Source: Octopus sinensis (lineage: Eukaryota). Taken from it: a stretch of DNA of 64,000 bases. Below are positions 40,914-53,885 of this stretch, in pieces. Numbering within the stretch: position 1 is the first letter of the stretch; each line of letters opens with the position of its first letter. The stretch lies in assembly GCF_006345805.1 (NCBI RefSeq), contig NC_042999.1, positions 151,776,001-151,840,000 on the forward strand, given 5' to 3'. The notes beneath the pieces are model-generated. The model saw only the letters and a program-made list of their open reading frames with translations. It was not told where the DNA came from and did not search any database. Position numbers and translations under genes: made by a program.

Positions 40914-41147
40914 CAGTAACCCATTGACTATCACTGGTGTTACGTTCCAAAACTCCCCACGATAGGTGAAAATCCGTGAAGTAGAAACAGTACTGTACTG
41001 TATAATTTTTCTATTGTTTTTATAATTTGTGTAAATTTTTTTTTATTATAAATGCAAAACAACACCACAGCAGAATCGATGCAAGCTTAAATAATAAACC
41101 GCAATGGGTGAACCACGATAAATGAACCGCGATATGGTGAGGGATTA

Positions 41148-41150
<3 letters not shown>
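40914..41150. mobile_element. pogo/Tigger-like MITE
   Basis: Ends CAGTAACCC... and ...GGGATTACTG followed by TA; internal 'aaccgcgat' subterminal motifs. Confidence 0.75.
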
Positions 41151-41188
<38 letters not shown>

Positions 41189-41214
41189 CTATCATCATCA
41201 TCATCATCATCATC

Positions 41215-41555
41215 ATTTAACATCTGTTTTCCATGCTAGCACGGGGTAGATGGTTTAACAGAGGACTGGCAAGCCAGTAGGCTGCACCAGTCTCCACTCT
41301 GATCTAGCAAGGTTTCTACAGTTGGATGCCCTTGCTGATGCCAACCACTCCGAGAGTGCAGTGGGTGTTTTTACATGCCACCAGCACAGGAATCAGTCAG
41401 ACGGCACTGGCATCAACCACGCTTGAAAGGTGTTTTTTTACATGCTAGTCAGGCGACACTGGCATTGACTATGCTCAAATGATGCTTTTTATGTGCCACT
41501 GGCATGGGAGCCTGTTGGCCAGTACTGACATCGACCACACTTGAATGGTGCTTTT
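41215..41555 (-). mobile_element. Repeat family A copy with (CAT)n tail
   Basis: Homologous to 1-470 and 16530-16930. Confidence 0.85.
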
Positions 41556-41654
41556 TCAACAAATAGTTGAAAAGTAGGACAAGAACTATTGGCAAGGTCT
41601 CACTGAAGAGATTAAATCAGTCTTAAATAATTTGCTGTGTGATTTAAATTATGC

Positions 41655-41880
41655 AATAATAATAATAATTTCAAATTTTGCCACAAGGGTAGCTTGGGAG
41701 AGGGGGTTAAGTTGATTACATCGCCCCCCTCAGTGCTCAACTGGTACTTATTTTATCAACCCCAAAATAATGGAAGGCAAAGTTGACGTTGACAGAATTT
41801 GAATGCAGAATGTAAAGATGGACGAAATGCTCGCTAAGCATTTTGCTGGGCGTGCTAATGATTCTGTCAACTTGCTGACT
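41655..41880 (-). mobile_element. SINE family D
   Basis: Homologous to 27501-27729 and 54644-54854. Confidence 0.8.
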
Positions 41881-43254
41881 TCCTACTACTACTACTACTA
41901 CTACTTATAATAATAATAATAATGATGATGATAATAACTGAAAGCATTACACGAAAGTTAATTTTTGTTATATCAAACTTGTTAGAAAATGCACTAAGTA
42001 ATTATTTTATGGCTCTCAAGGTTCCTGCTCAGCTCTGTTTTCTCTGGGAATAAATGAATAAATGTTGTTATGGTAAAGATGCTAATCCATCTCTGGTAAC
42101 TCCACACCACCTAAAACATTAATATCTCAATAGTTTTGTAAGCTGATACTATGGTAAAATAAATATATTGCTTTAAAACAATACTTGTAATAGATTAAAA
42201 CCTAACACCTCTAGTCTAATATGTTTTTCATTTGGTCATTTTACCCTGGTTGAACTATAGAATATTCCAGTTTTGTATTTGTTTTTCAAGATTTTTGATG
42301 TGAAATCATGTCTTGAAATTAATGTTGTTATACATTGGGAGGAATTTACTGCCAATAAAGCACATGCACTCTTCTTATTTCACTGTATATTTTTACTATT
42401 GAATTAAATAATTAACCAATTGTTCAATTCATTAATTATCTAATTAAATGGTGATAAAAACTGAAATGAAGCATGAACAATGTGTGTGCTTTTATTGGCA
42501 GTATGACCCCACCAAAATACAACAATATGAACAATTGAATAGTTATCTTGAACGATAATTAAACCATAACCTAGAACTGTCGTTAATTTTGTGAAATACT
42601 TTACTGTTTCCCCAGTTATCCTTCAGTGAGTAACATAAGTGTACACAGAGGTACCCAGTATTACTATTCCTGATGAAAATTGTTGGTAATTTAAAATTTT
42701 AGCATTAGAACAAAGCAAATTTTTTATATTTTAATTGCATTAATTTTGTTAACATGTTTACATTTGCCATTAATTTACCTGCAAGGGTCTCATAGCTATC
42801 AGCTTGTCATTTGTTCCACGAAATAAAAACCTCAATATTACCAAATTGTAAACATTCATCTACAGATAATGAAAGAAACATAACTAAAAGACAAATTAAT
42901 TTGGTAGTTTCATCTTGTAAAAGACTGAAGGCCTTCTTTGTGTATTTACAAATTAGGAAATGTAGTGTAGTTTTTGTTTTCTTTTTCCTTTTCTTTTCGT
43001 TCCCTATTTTTATTTTTTAATCTTGGCACTTGTTTATTAGCCAATCAAGTTGTATTGACAATTTCTGTGAGTCATTGTATGTCACAACATTATTGATTAG
43101 TGTGTCTGTGTGCTATTCCATCGCCACGACTAACCACCAAATTACTGTTGCTAATTCAACTTAACATTTTCTTCTTGCTAACTGCATCTTTATCATAGGC
43201 CCCATTAGCATTTGCTTCAATTTGAACTTCTTGTTTTCTTTCTTTCTTTCTTTT

Positions 43255-43630
43255 ATTCTTTTATTTGTTTCAGTCATTTGACTGCGGCCATGCTGGAGTA
43301 CCGCCTTTTTAGTCGAACAAATCGACCCCAGAGCTTATTCTATTGGCCTCTTTTGCCGAACTGCTAAGTTACGGGGACGTAAACACACCAACATCGGTTG
43401 TCAAGCGATGGTGGGGGGACAAACACACACACACGCCCCCTCCCATATATATATATATTTATATATATGACAGGCTTCTTTCAGTTTCTGTCTACCAAAT
43501 CCACTCACAAAGCTTTGGTCAGCCCAAAGCTATAGTAGAAGACACTGGCCCAAAGTGCCATGCAGTGGGACTGAACCCGGAACCATGTGGTTGGTAAGCA
43601 AGCTACTTACCACACAGCCACTCCTGCACC
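43255..43630 (-). mobile_element. Composite SINE B/C
   Basis: Homologous to 36355-36680. Confidence 0.9.
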
Positions 43631-44313
43631 TAATAATGAAGGAAACATAACTAAGAGACAAATTAATTTGGTAGTTTCATCTTGTAAAAGACTGAAGGCC
43701 TTCTTTTTGTATTTACAAATTAGCAAATGTAGTTTCTGTTTTCCTTCTTGTTAATATCTTATTAAGGATGGCAAATGCCTTAACAAATAAGATAAACTTT
43801 CAGTGATCCAAGTCTACAATGTAGTTTCAATTCCCAGTTGAAACCATTTCTTTGACATATATATATATATATATATACATACATGCGTGTGCACACACAC
43901 ACACGTTAGTGTGGTAAGGCTTTAACAAGTAAACTAGCACTTACTAAAGAGTAAAGATAATGTTATAATGAAAGCCACAAGGCTTGTGGTTTTCATTATA
44001 ACATAATATATATAGTAACATTTTTTTGCCACTATAACATGGCTGTTCTATACAGAACTGTGATACTACATTTTAACTCCAGGAAAACATCTTTTCCAGC
44101 TGGTTCACGACACACAACTTGTATCTGATATATTGTGAGTAAGGGAGCGAATCACTCCCCTTCAGCTTGGCAGGACCAGTAGGCCATGGTTTCTGGGTTG
44201 TTACCCGTTATAGGTACTGGATACCTGTCTGCTAGAGATGGCAGTCAGTCGTCGCTACTCAGAATATATAAAGAGAGAAGCAGTAGACAACTGCTGATCT
44301 CGTAATAAGCAAA

Positions 44314-44397
44314 GTTGCAAAACATGAAGCAAAAGTTACTAAACATGAAGCAAAAGTTGCTAAACATGAAGCAAAAGTAGCAAAACATGAAGCAAAG
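44314..44397 (+). repeat. 4 x 21-bp tandem repeat (VAKHEAK heptad in one frame)
   Basis: Units gttgcaaaacatgaagcaaaa / gttactaaacatgaagcaaaa / gttgctaaacatgaagcaaaa / gtagcaaaacatgaagcaaag. Confidence 0.95.
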
Positions 44398-44419
44398 CTG
44401 GCAAACTGAATCTTCAATT

Positions 44420-44491
44420 TGTTCCATTTGCCAAAAGGTTTGCAAGGCACCAGCAGTTATCAAAAGTCACATTCGGGTCAATAGAGCATGA
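44420..44491 (+). pseudogene. C2H2-like zinc-finger remnant (CSICQKVCKAPAVIKSHIRVN), typical of RTE-type LINE ORF ends
   Basis: C-x2-C-x12-H-x3-N spacing; the last His could be restored by one substitution (AAT to CAT); followed by a stop codon. Confidence 0.5.
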
Positions 44492-44599
44492 TTACCACTT
44501 TATTTTACTGAATCCTCATTTGTCATTCATGACAAGAGAGCCCATCATATATACATATATATATACACACACACACGCATATATATACATCATCATCAT

Positions 44600-45065
44600 C
44601 ATCATCGTCGTCGTTTAACGTCCTCTTTCCATGCTGGCATGGGTTGGACGGTTTGACTGAGAGGGCTGGCAAGCCAGAAGGCTGCACCAGGCTCCAATCT
44701 GATCTGGCAAAATTTCTACAGCTGGATGCCCTTCCTAATGCCGACCACTCTGAGAGTGTAGTGGGTGCTTTTTATGTGCCACCAGCATGAGGACCAGTCA
44801 GGTGGTACAGCCATTGACTGCACTCGAATGGTGCTTTTTACATGCCACTGGCACAGGACCAGTCAACCAACACTGGCATTGACCATGCTCGAATGGTGCT
44901 TTTTATGTGCCAATCAGGTGATACTGTCATCAGCTACGACAATTGACTTCACTTGCCTCAACAGGTCTTCACAAGTGCTGGTTATGCTGTACTGGCATTG
45001 GCCACAGTTATGGTCTCACTTGGCTTGCCAGGTCTTTTCAAGCACAGCATATTTCAAGCACAGCA
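44600..45065 (-). mobile_element. Repeat family A copy extending into an RTE-like tail
   Basis: (CAT)n-gtttaacgtcc... to 'ggtctcacttggcttgccaggtcttttcaagcacagcatattt'. Confidence 0.85.
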
Positions 45066-45592
45066 AAATTTACTGATATAAATTTTGCTAAAAATGGTTT
45101 ATCAATTCTATGTTGGAAATCTATATGGTCATCTGCATCTGAAGAGAGTGGTTTCTTTCAAATTGATGTAATGCTTTCATTGGTCAGTTAAATGGAGCTG
45201 CTTGAAACAGCTGTAATGCACTGATACCTGGACGTCCTTGTTATTTATTTGCTTTCTATATACAAATATATATATATGGTGCTGCTCTCCAGCTTGCTAG
45301 CTCTGGTTAAACTTTCCAACCTATTGTCAGCATGGAAAACAGACATTAAAAGATGATATATGTATATATGCAACTAATATCCTTGAGAATAATGAACACA
45401 ACAAGCTCTTGGTCCCTTCCTCTTTATGTTCATGAATAAGTGGCTACTGATGAGTCAATATATGCTCTTTCTACTTGTAACAATTTTAAAAAAATGTTCC
45501 GTAACACAGTCATTGTGGAAAGAAGTTTTTATATTGCATGTAACCACTTTCATTATTCAACTTCTCAAAACTGGGCTTATTCATATGTATTA

Positions 45593-45643
45593 TCACAACT
45601 GTCTGATGAAAGATCACATGAAACTCTGAGTAACAGTTTGTGA
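45593..45643 (+). ncRNA. Type-I hammerhead ribozyme motif with intact catalytic core
   Basis: TCACAACTGT-CTGATGA-AAG atca CAT-GAAA-CTC T GAG-TA-ACAGTTTGTGA. Stem I is 10 bp with one bulge; GUA triplet; one mismatch in stem II. Confidence 0.75.
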
Positions 45644-45681
45644 GTTCCTCTTCAACTTTCATAAAATTGTGTGTGTGTGTG

Positions 45682-45713
<32 letters not shown>

Positions 45714-46493
45714 GGCATACATGCGAACACACACACATTGTTATATTATCTGAAGTGAATGAAACACTGTAGAGTAGTGAGGAGTCTAATCTTAAGAATA
45801 CAAAACAATGTGGTTGTGTGATCCATCTGGGAAAGCAATATCTACAAATAACCACAGACACGACCATGACAAATTGTCCAGCCCATGCCAGCCTGTAAAG
45901 CAGACATAAAATGATGATGATGGTTATGATTCTGGTGGTTATATGATGATATATAATGAGCAAATAAACTATAGATAATAGATATATGAATTTCCCAATA
46001 CTAAAATTGATTAATCTTTCGGAAGTGTAGTTCACTTCACAAATGAAAATATACATAATTTTGTTCAGACTCCCAATAGAATCACCTCTGTTTCTGCAAG
46101 CTGTCAAATCTTTCAGTGTCGGGATGTTTGTGTGTCTATTCTCTCAAGATTATTTACTCTGTCAAGATAATTAACTCGGTCATTTTCTTCGTAGTATTCA
46201 TGTTTTGAATTCACTTGTTAAATTTTATCCCCAAATTGTAATTCAATAATCACAACAATAAGTTAATAATTTAAATTCTTTAATTCTTGGCAGCACAATG
46301 CTTGATTTCTTTTGTAATTAGATTTTCACTTAGACTGATCTCCTATCACATTCTGCTGTAAATCAATTTTTTTTTATCTTGTTTTGTTTAAAATTAAAAA
46401 ATATTGCAACATGCTTCTACTACCCATTGTAGAAATGTGTCTGATGTTACTTGTATCTCTTTCTCTTTCTCTTTCTCCATATATGTATGTATA

Positions 46494-46556
<63 letters not shown>

Positions 46557-46739
46557 TTATGTATGTGTGCATATGGATGGATGGGTGAATGGATATGTAT
46601 TGCAGTATTTTTGATTCGTATTCTAAGCTTTCCTCTAAAAAAAAACATCAACTTATTCTAGCTATAAGATTTCTCTCCTTGCAAAAATAAAGTGCTTTGT
46701 TAGCAGCCCAAATATATATATATATGATGAGGACCTTTG

Positions 46740-47190
46740 GCGATAAGCTGTGTTTGAGAAGACCCATCAAGCCAAGTGAGATCATAGTTGTGGCTGATGC
46801 CAGTGTCATATAACTGGCTTGTTTAAAAGCACCCTTCAATCATTGGGTGATATGGAGTACTTGTGATGACCTGTTGAACTGAGTGAAATTGTAGTCATGG
46901 CTGATGCCAGTGCCATCTGACTGGCACCCATACTGGTAACATGTAAAAAACCACCATTCAAGCATGGCTGATGCCAGTGCCACCTGACTGGCTCCCATGC
47001 CAGTGGCACATAAAAAGCACCTACTACACTCTCTGAGTGGTTGGTGTTAGGAAGGGCATCCAGCTGTAGAAACCTTGCCAAATCAGATTGGAGCCTGGTG
47101 CAGCCTCTCGGCTTGCCAGTTGTCAGTCAAATCATCCAACTCATGGCAGGATGGAAAGCAGGCGTTAAATGATGATAACGATGATGATGA
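46740..47190 (+). mobile_element. Repeat family A copy
   Basis: Starts in an RTE-like tail 'gtttgagaagacccatcaagccaagtgag', ends 'caggcgttaaatgatgataacgatgatgat'. Confidence 0.85.
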
Positions 47191-47559
47191 TGGCATACAG
47201 TGTGCCAGGATTTTGCTGGGCAGCATTTCTCAAGCTTTTTATTGGAATAACCTTCTCCCTAGGACTTGCTTTAGTAAGAGCTCAGGAAGTGCTTTACTTG
47301 CGGTGGTCTTACAATGTGCTGGAGACCAAATTAAATTTTCCAAGTTTGTATGCTGTAAGCAGATGGTAATTGGCCCTTCAGTGGGTCCATCTATCCCTTT
47401 GACAGGTATTGTTTTAGTCTTTCTGGGTTTCTGGTGTCACTCCTCACCAGATTGAAGCTGGGGATGGGTGCAGATAACCTGACTATGCAACATTATACTG
47501 GCTTACTTGTTGCCAGCAGTGCTCTCAAGCAACCTGACATCATCGCCAACATCTTCTTC

Positions 47560-47598
<39 letters not shown>

Positions 47599-47844
47599 TT
47601 CATTTAGTGTCCTCTTTTCTATACTAACATGGGGCCAGACAGAATTTGTGGGGGAAGATTTTCTACACCTATTTTCAAGCAAGGTAATATTTCTCCTTGG
47701 CAAAGAAAACTGGAAATGAATAATCTCACTTGTATTATTGTTGTTGTTGTTGTTGTTATTATTATTATTATTATGGTATTGATGATGATGATTTTACAAT
47801 CATCACATGTCTAGACAAGAGCACATTCAAACACACACACTTAA

Positions 47845-47884
47845 ATGTGTGTGTGTTGTGTGTGTGTGTATGTGTGTTGCGTGT

Positions 47885-47954
<70 letters not shown>

Positions 47955-48034
47955 TGTGTGTGTTTGTGTGTGTGTGTGTGTGTTGCGTGTGTGTGTTGTG
48001 TGTGTGTGGTTGTGTGTGTGTGTTTGTGTGTGTT

Positions 48035-48084
<50 letters not shown>

Positions 48085-48110
48085 GCGTGTGTGTGTTTGT
48101 GTATGTGTGT

Positions 48111-48176
<66 letters not shown>
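47845..48176. repeat. ~330-bp interrupted (TG)n array
   Basis: Direct reading; source of the HT/CV ORFs. Confidence 0.97.
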
Positions 48177-48529
48177 CATACATATATTTGCACAAACTCA
48201 TCCACACAATAGCCTGTCTTGTTTCCCAGCTGGAATTGCTTTATTTTAAGTCATTAATATCCTTTGAAAAAAAAAAAGCAAAAAACAAAAAAAAAAAAAA
48301 AACCATTGTCTATCATAAATCAATGCAATAACACTGCAGAGAGGTATTCATAGATAAAGTCCTCAATTATGCTATAGTTCCTCATCAAATGTCCTTCAGT
48401 TCAGTTCTTTGGTATCATAAAAGCTCAAAGCAAAGACATAAGTGTCACAACTTCCAATTATTCTCCTCCGAAATGCAAAACTTCTTTCTTACAAATTTAT
48501 TACTAAATGACCCAAGTGAAAGATCTACT

Positions 48530-48985
48530 ATGTGTTTTTGCTTGTTTCAGTCATTGGATTGCAGCCATGCTGGAGCACTCACTACCTTTGAAGAATTTTT
48601 AGTCAGATGAATTAACCCCAGTAATTATTTTTGTTAAGCCTGATACGTATTCTGTTGATCTCTTTTGCTGAACTGCTAAGCTACAGGGACGTACACATAC
48701 CAACAATGGATATCAATCGATGGTGGGGAACAATCACTGACACACTCACACACACACACATTCACATGCATGCACTGACACACACACACACGTACACACA
48801 CACACGTGCACACACACATATGCAAACACACACACACTTGACGAACTCCTTTCAGTTTCCATCTTGATTCACAAGGCTTTGGTCAGCCCAAGGAGTACAG
48901 AAGAAGACATTTGCCCAAGGTGGAATTGAACCTGTAATCATCTGGTTGGGAAGCAAACTTCTTACCACACAGCCATGCCAGCGCT
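48530..48985 (-). mobile_element. Composite SINE B/C
   Basis: Homologous to other B/C copies; internal (CA)n. Confidence 0.85.
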
Positions 48986-49452
48986 TATGTATAGTCATTT
49001 CACTTGCTCAAAATAACAGCAAATTCTCTCTCAATAAATCCATTAACATCTTTAAAACAAGGATCCCCAGATTTTAGTGCAACACATCACTGTTAAGCTA
49101 GGCTGTTCAGAGTTGGAACTGCAATTAAATAACAGAAGATCAATCCCTTTTAGGTTTATGTATGTACATGGATTACTGAACATAACCCTTATTACATATA
49201 AGAGAAAGTGAGGAACAAAGATGCAAAAGAACCAAAGAACTGGCTTGTTAATCATCAGTTTGCATCCATTAATTATCAGTTTGTATCCTACTGCAAGTGA
49301 TGCATTGCACCTGTGGGGAAATACACTTAATTTAATTTGCCTAAGTTTCATGACTTAATTAAGAAATCATTACTACCTTTTAGAAGGAGCCTGTGACAAA
49401 GAGCTAGCTGTTGTTTATATATTTGCGTTTATGTGTAAATATATAGAGATAT

Positions 49453-49611
<159 letters not shown>

Positions 49612-49668
49612 GTATATATATATATGTATATATGTATATATATATATATATATATCGATATATATTAT

Positions 49669-49711
<43 letters not shown>

Positions 49712-51949
49712 CTCTGAAGCTGTTATTCATATATTGCATTTCAACATTTCTAACGTCTTTGCGTTTACAGGATATTATGCAGATAAGGGAAGTGAACTCT
49801 TAACTATTAATTACATTAGAGAACATGCCTGCACTTGCTGCAGTTTTTTTTTCTTTTATTTCCAACAAGACAAGATAAAAATATCATTTGAAGTAATGTT
49901 TGATAAGAGGAAGATTTTATTAGAACATTAAAGTAATATTATCTAGCGAGTGTATGTGTATTTATTTGTGTGTGAGAGAGGGAATTGAAACATGTATACA
50001 TGTAAATCTCTACATGTGTGTACATGTATACATACACACACACACACACACATCATCATCATCATTTTTTTAACATCCATTTCTCCGATACTTGCATGGG
50101 TTGAACAGAATTCATTGAGACAGGTTTGCTCTCTCATCCTTTTCCCCACTTCCTGTTGCCAACCCTCACCTATTTCCAAGCTAGGTAGAATTTTCCCATG
50201 ATCAAACATATCTTCGTGAAATACTGGAAACAAATAAAGTGACTGGAAATCAATGCATGATGATGACACTCATTTACAACTACCACATGATACCAAGACA
50301 TAGATGCTGTAGCACACATGCATGCATGCACATACACATGTACATGCATCAAATGAACAATAAAATTATTTGAGTTTCAGCTAATTAGACCTATTCACAA
50401 GGCTTGGGTTATCTCCGAGCCATAGCAAATGACACTTGCCCAAGGTGCCATGCAGTGGCACTGAACTCAAAGCCATATTGATATAAAGTCATGTTTATCA
50501 TATTTGAGGATGCTCAGATGTGAGAAGACCTTCTGCTGTGAAAATACTCTCTGGAGAAAATTTTCTTCCTAAGCAACATGTGGGATCTTAAGATGCATGC
50601 ATTTTGCATTCTTTCATGCCAACAACAAACACCAAATGCCGTATCTGTCATTCATAGACTGATAAGAATGAATCTGTTCTTATATTTGAACAGCATATGG
50701 AACATTTGTTGATGTGCTTAAAGCTTGGTCAAGCTAAAAGTGAATATTCACATCACCGAATGTACTGTATGTTGTTCCAATGTAAGAATGAATTTGTTCT
50801 CATTGAGCTGTGGATGACAGATTTGGTGTTCCTGGCTGATAATGTGAAAGAATGCAGAAATGTGTGTGTCCTACAATTCAATGCCGAAATTCATAGCACA
50901 ATGTATTTTCACACTACTGTCTCGGGAAAGAATTTTCATCCAGGCCATCTATGTAAAAATTCAAATTTAGTTTGAGTAAAGGTAAAGTCATCCACAAGAT
51001 TTAAACTTAAAACCATGAGAAACAAAAACTGCATGGTGTAAAGCATTTAGTTGGCACATTTCCTCTGTATTGATCATCTTCAACCTCATACAATCACATA
51101 TGTAGGATATTTATTTAATTTTTAATATATCAAAAGAAAGAATATTTTCATTAAACCCAAAAGGATTGAATTTTGTCTTCCACCTTCTGTTTCTAGAAAT
51201 CCTGCTATTTGCTTTATTAATTAAGCTGTACTGATATTCCTTAAGTGAGTTCCATGTCACTCTAATAATTTACAGATCTTTCTTCCGCTCGTATTCTTTC
51301 CTCTAACATCAAACTGTTCTAGTTTTAAAGCATGTACTTAAAAGACAGTTGTTCCTACAAAGCTGACAATCAATACTAGCTGCAGTGCAGAAAATAGAAC
51401 ACAGTAAATTGATAAACCATTAATGGCAAATATATTCAGACTCAATCAGCACCGAAATATTACTGATCTGCTCAAAATATCTGCAGTTACATCTCGCTTT
51501 GTGTTGATTTTTGTCAATTTATTTTGGTAAATTGCCATTGTTAAAGCGTTCTAACAAAATTTACTTTCTTTTGCTTTTTATCATATTTTATTATATTTAT
51601 TTACTTTTTCATAAACCACTGAAACTTAGAAAGAATATATCAAAATTAAGGATAATGTTTTTTTTTTTTGTAGGGTTGACTGTATAATGACTGTGTAATG
51701 ACAGTGTAATAAAAGTTAAAATTTCACAATTGCTATATATTAAGAATAAGTATGGGTTTATCATGCATACTCTTTCAGTCCTTTATCTATTCCTTTATCA
51801 TGGCCATGACTCATGACCTTAGAAGAACTTGAACTCAAAATTAAGTTATATTTGTTAATTATACAGAGATGTGAGCAGTGAGTTAGTCAAATTGTTAGAA
51901 CATTGGAAAGAATTCTTTGTGCTATTGTTTCAGCTTTTTACAGGTGATG

Positions 51950-52640
51950 CTCAATTAAAATATACAATTGCCGACCAATATGAAAAACATCAAGGCGGAA
52001 AGCTGGCAGAAACATTAGCATGCCAGGCGAAATGCTTAGCTGTATTTCATCTGTCTTTACATTCTGAGTTCAAATTCTGCTGAGGTCGATTTTGCCTTTT
52101 ATCTCTTTGGGGGGTCGATAGATTAAGTACCAGTTATGTACTGGGGTTGATCTAATTGACTGGTCCCCTCCTCAAAAATTTTGGGCCTTGTGCCTTGAGT
52201 AGAAAAGAATATGAAGAACATCATTACTCGTAAGATTCACCAAGAGTCCATCCCAAGCTGTTACTGTCAGGACCCTAAACCAGGCATGTATAGTAAACTC
52301 TGTCATATATGAGGCAGAAGTTACAGCAGTGATTCGAGATGACCTAACCAAAAAGACAAAAACAAATTACAGCAGGTTATGTGAAGATGATTTGAAAAGG
52401 TGTTATGCAAACCATCTATCTTTCCAGCACAAGCTGGCTAGTCACATATGGGTTTAAACACTGACGACACACCTCATATAATCAAGTGGAGAATCAGAGA
52501 GAAATCCATCCCATATGTTAATGGATCTAAGAAATGCAACTTATGCATTGCTGATAAATTTCACGTTCTTTTTAGATCTAAGTATTCAGTCACACTACTG
52601 AATTCCATGTCTGACATTTTCAGAATAAGGACAAATTTCT
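51950..52640 (+). pseudogene. Penelope-like element GIY-YIG endonuclease remnant, interrupted by a SINE D insertion
   Basis: With the SINE removed, the frameshifted fragments read PTNMKNIITRKIH..CYCQDPK..ACIVNSVIYEAEVT..NYSRLCEDDLKRCYANHLSF..LASHIWV..IKWRIREKSIPYVNGSKKCNLCIADKFHVL..LLNSMSDI. This matches the PLE C-terminal pattern (CNC..VIY.A.V..Y.G..E..FK.RY.NH..IW.L..W.I..C.LCL.EK). Confidence 0.85.
51993..52207 (+). mobile_element. SINE family D with 16-bp TSD (1 mismatch)
   Basis: A-box-like AGCTGGCAGAA, B-box GAGTTCAAATTC; TSD aatatgaa(a/g)aacatca at 51977-92 and 52208-23. Confidence 0.9.
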
Positions 52641-53414
52641 TTTAGAGAAATAGAGGACACCCTCTCCAAATTGAGCAGCTGTCTCACAGACTTTGGACCT
52701 TTCTCTGTAGAATAATTCTACAACAATTAGCTTAAATATAGCTTTATGGTTAAAGGGGACATAACCCCCAATTTTCTTGTTTGTCTTTCCTTTTCTGTTT
52801 TTATTCACTCTTCCACTTTTTGCATCTGTCTTCTTGGTTTTACATGTGATTTCTCTTGTACCAGCATCCTGATTTGTAAATAGAATAGACCATATGCTCA
52901 GAACGTAAAGATTGTTTTGAGACAAAAGGTGTGTTATAAAAAACTGCCTAGACATTTGTCTCCAAAGCAAGAAACTTAGTAGCTTGTGTCATTACACTGT
53001 GTACATTAAATGATATACATGTATGTATGTATGTATGTATGTATGTATGTATGTATGTGTGTGTATATGACTATGTGGCACCTTGAGCAAGTTTCCTCTA
53101 CTCTAGTTCTGGGTTGACCGATATCTTGTGAATGAACTTAACTTGCAAGATAGAAACTGAGCCCATGTGAATGATGACGTTTTACAAACATGAAAAATAA
53201 CTGAAGTATGGGTGGTGTTGTTTATTGTCATTCTACTGTCAACAAATTGTCCAGTAGCTCTGCACTTTCAAAGTATATAATAAGTATTCATATAACCCAC
53301 ACTAGCATAGAAGAGGAAATGTAATACAAATAAATGAATATATATATATGCTGGATTATATACAGGCTGTTATATCTACATCAGCATTTGAAATACATAT
53401 CTGCAAATAAGATA

Positions 53415-53663
53415 TTCTTTTATTTGTTTCAGTCATTTGACTGCGGCCATGCTAGAACGCTGCCTTTAGTCGAGCAAATCAACCCTAGGACTTATTCTTT
53501 GTAAGCCTAGTACTTGTTCTATTGGTCTCTTTTGCCAAACCGCTAAGTTACGGGGATGTAAACACATCAGCATCAGTTGACAAGCGATGTTGGTGGGGAC
53601 AAACACAGGCACACAAACATATATGTACACACACACACACGCACGCACGCACGCACACACACA

Positions 53664-53707
<44 letters not shown>

Positions 53708-53885
53708 GCGCACACACACATATGACAGGCTTCTTTCAGTTTCCATCTACCAAATCCACTCACAAGGCTTTGGTCAGCCTGAAGCTATAGTAGAAGACAC
53801 TTGCCCAAGGTGCCATGCAGTGGGACTGAACTTTGAACCATGTGGTTGGTAAGCAAGCTACTTACCACACACCCACTCCAGTACC
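53415..53885 (-). mobile_element. Composite SINE B/C with internal (CA)n/(CACG)n
   Basis: Homologous to other B/C copies. Confidence 0.88.

Noticed and set aside
42670-42700. CTGATGA + 5-bp AT stem + AAAA
   Set aside because: No stem I or stem III complementarity; likely chance in AT-rich DNA.
45135-45174. GCAT-CTGAAGA ... CAAA-T-TGAT-GTA-ATGC hammerhead-like layout
   Set aside because: It needs several core and stem substitutions; too degenerate to call.
47200-47500. GC-richer unique stretch with ORFs on both strands, possibly an old non-LTR fragment
   Set aside because: No diagnostic motif could be matched with confidence.
50685-50975. Possible terminal exon (tttgaacAG; YGTFVDVLKAWSS*) and the 92-aa ORF
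   Set aside because: No homology recognised and no link to other exon candidates.
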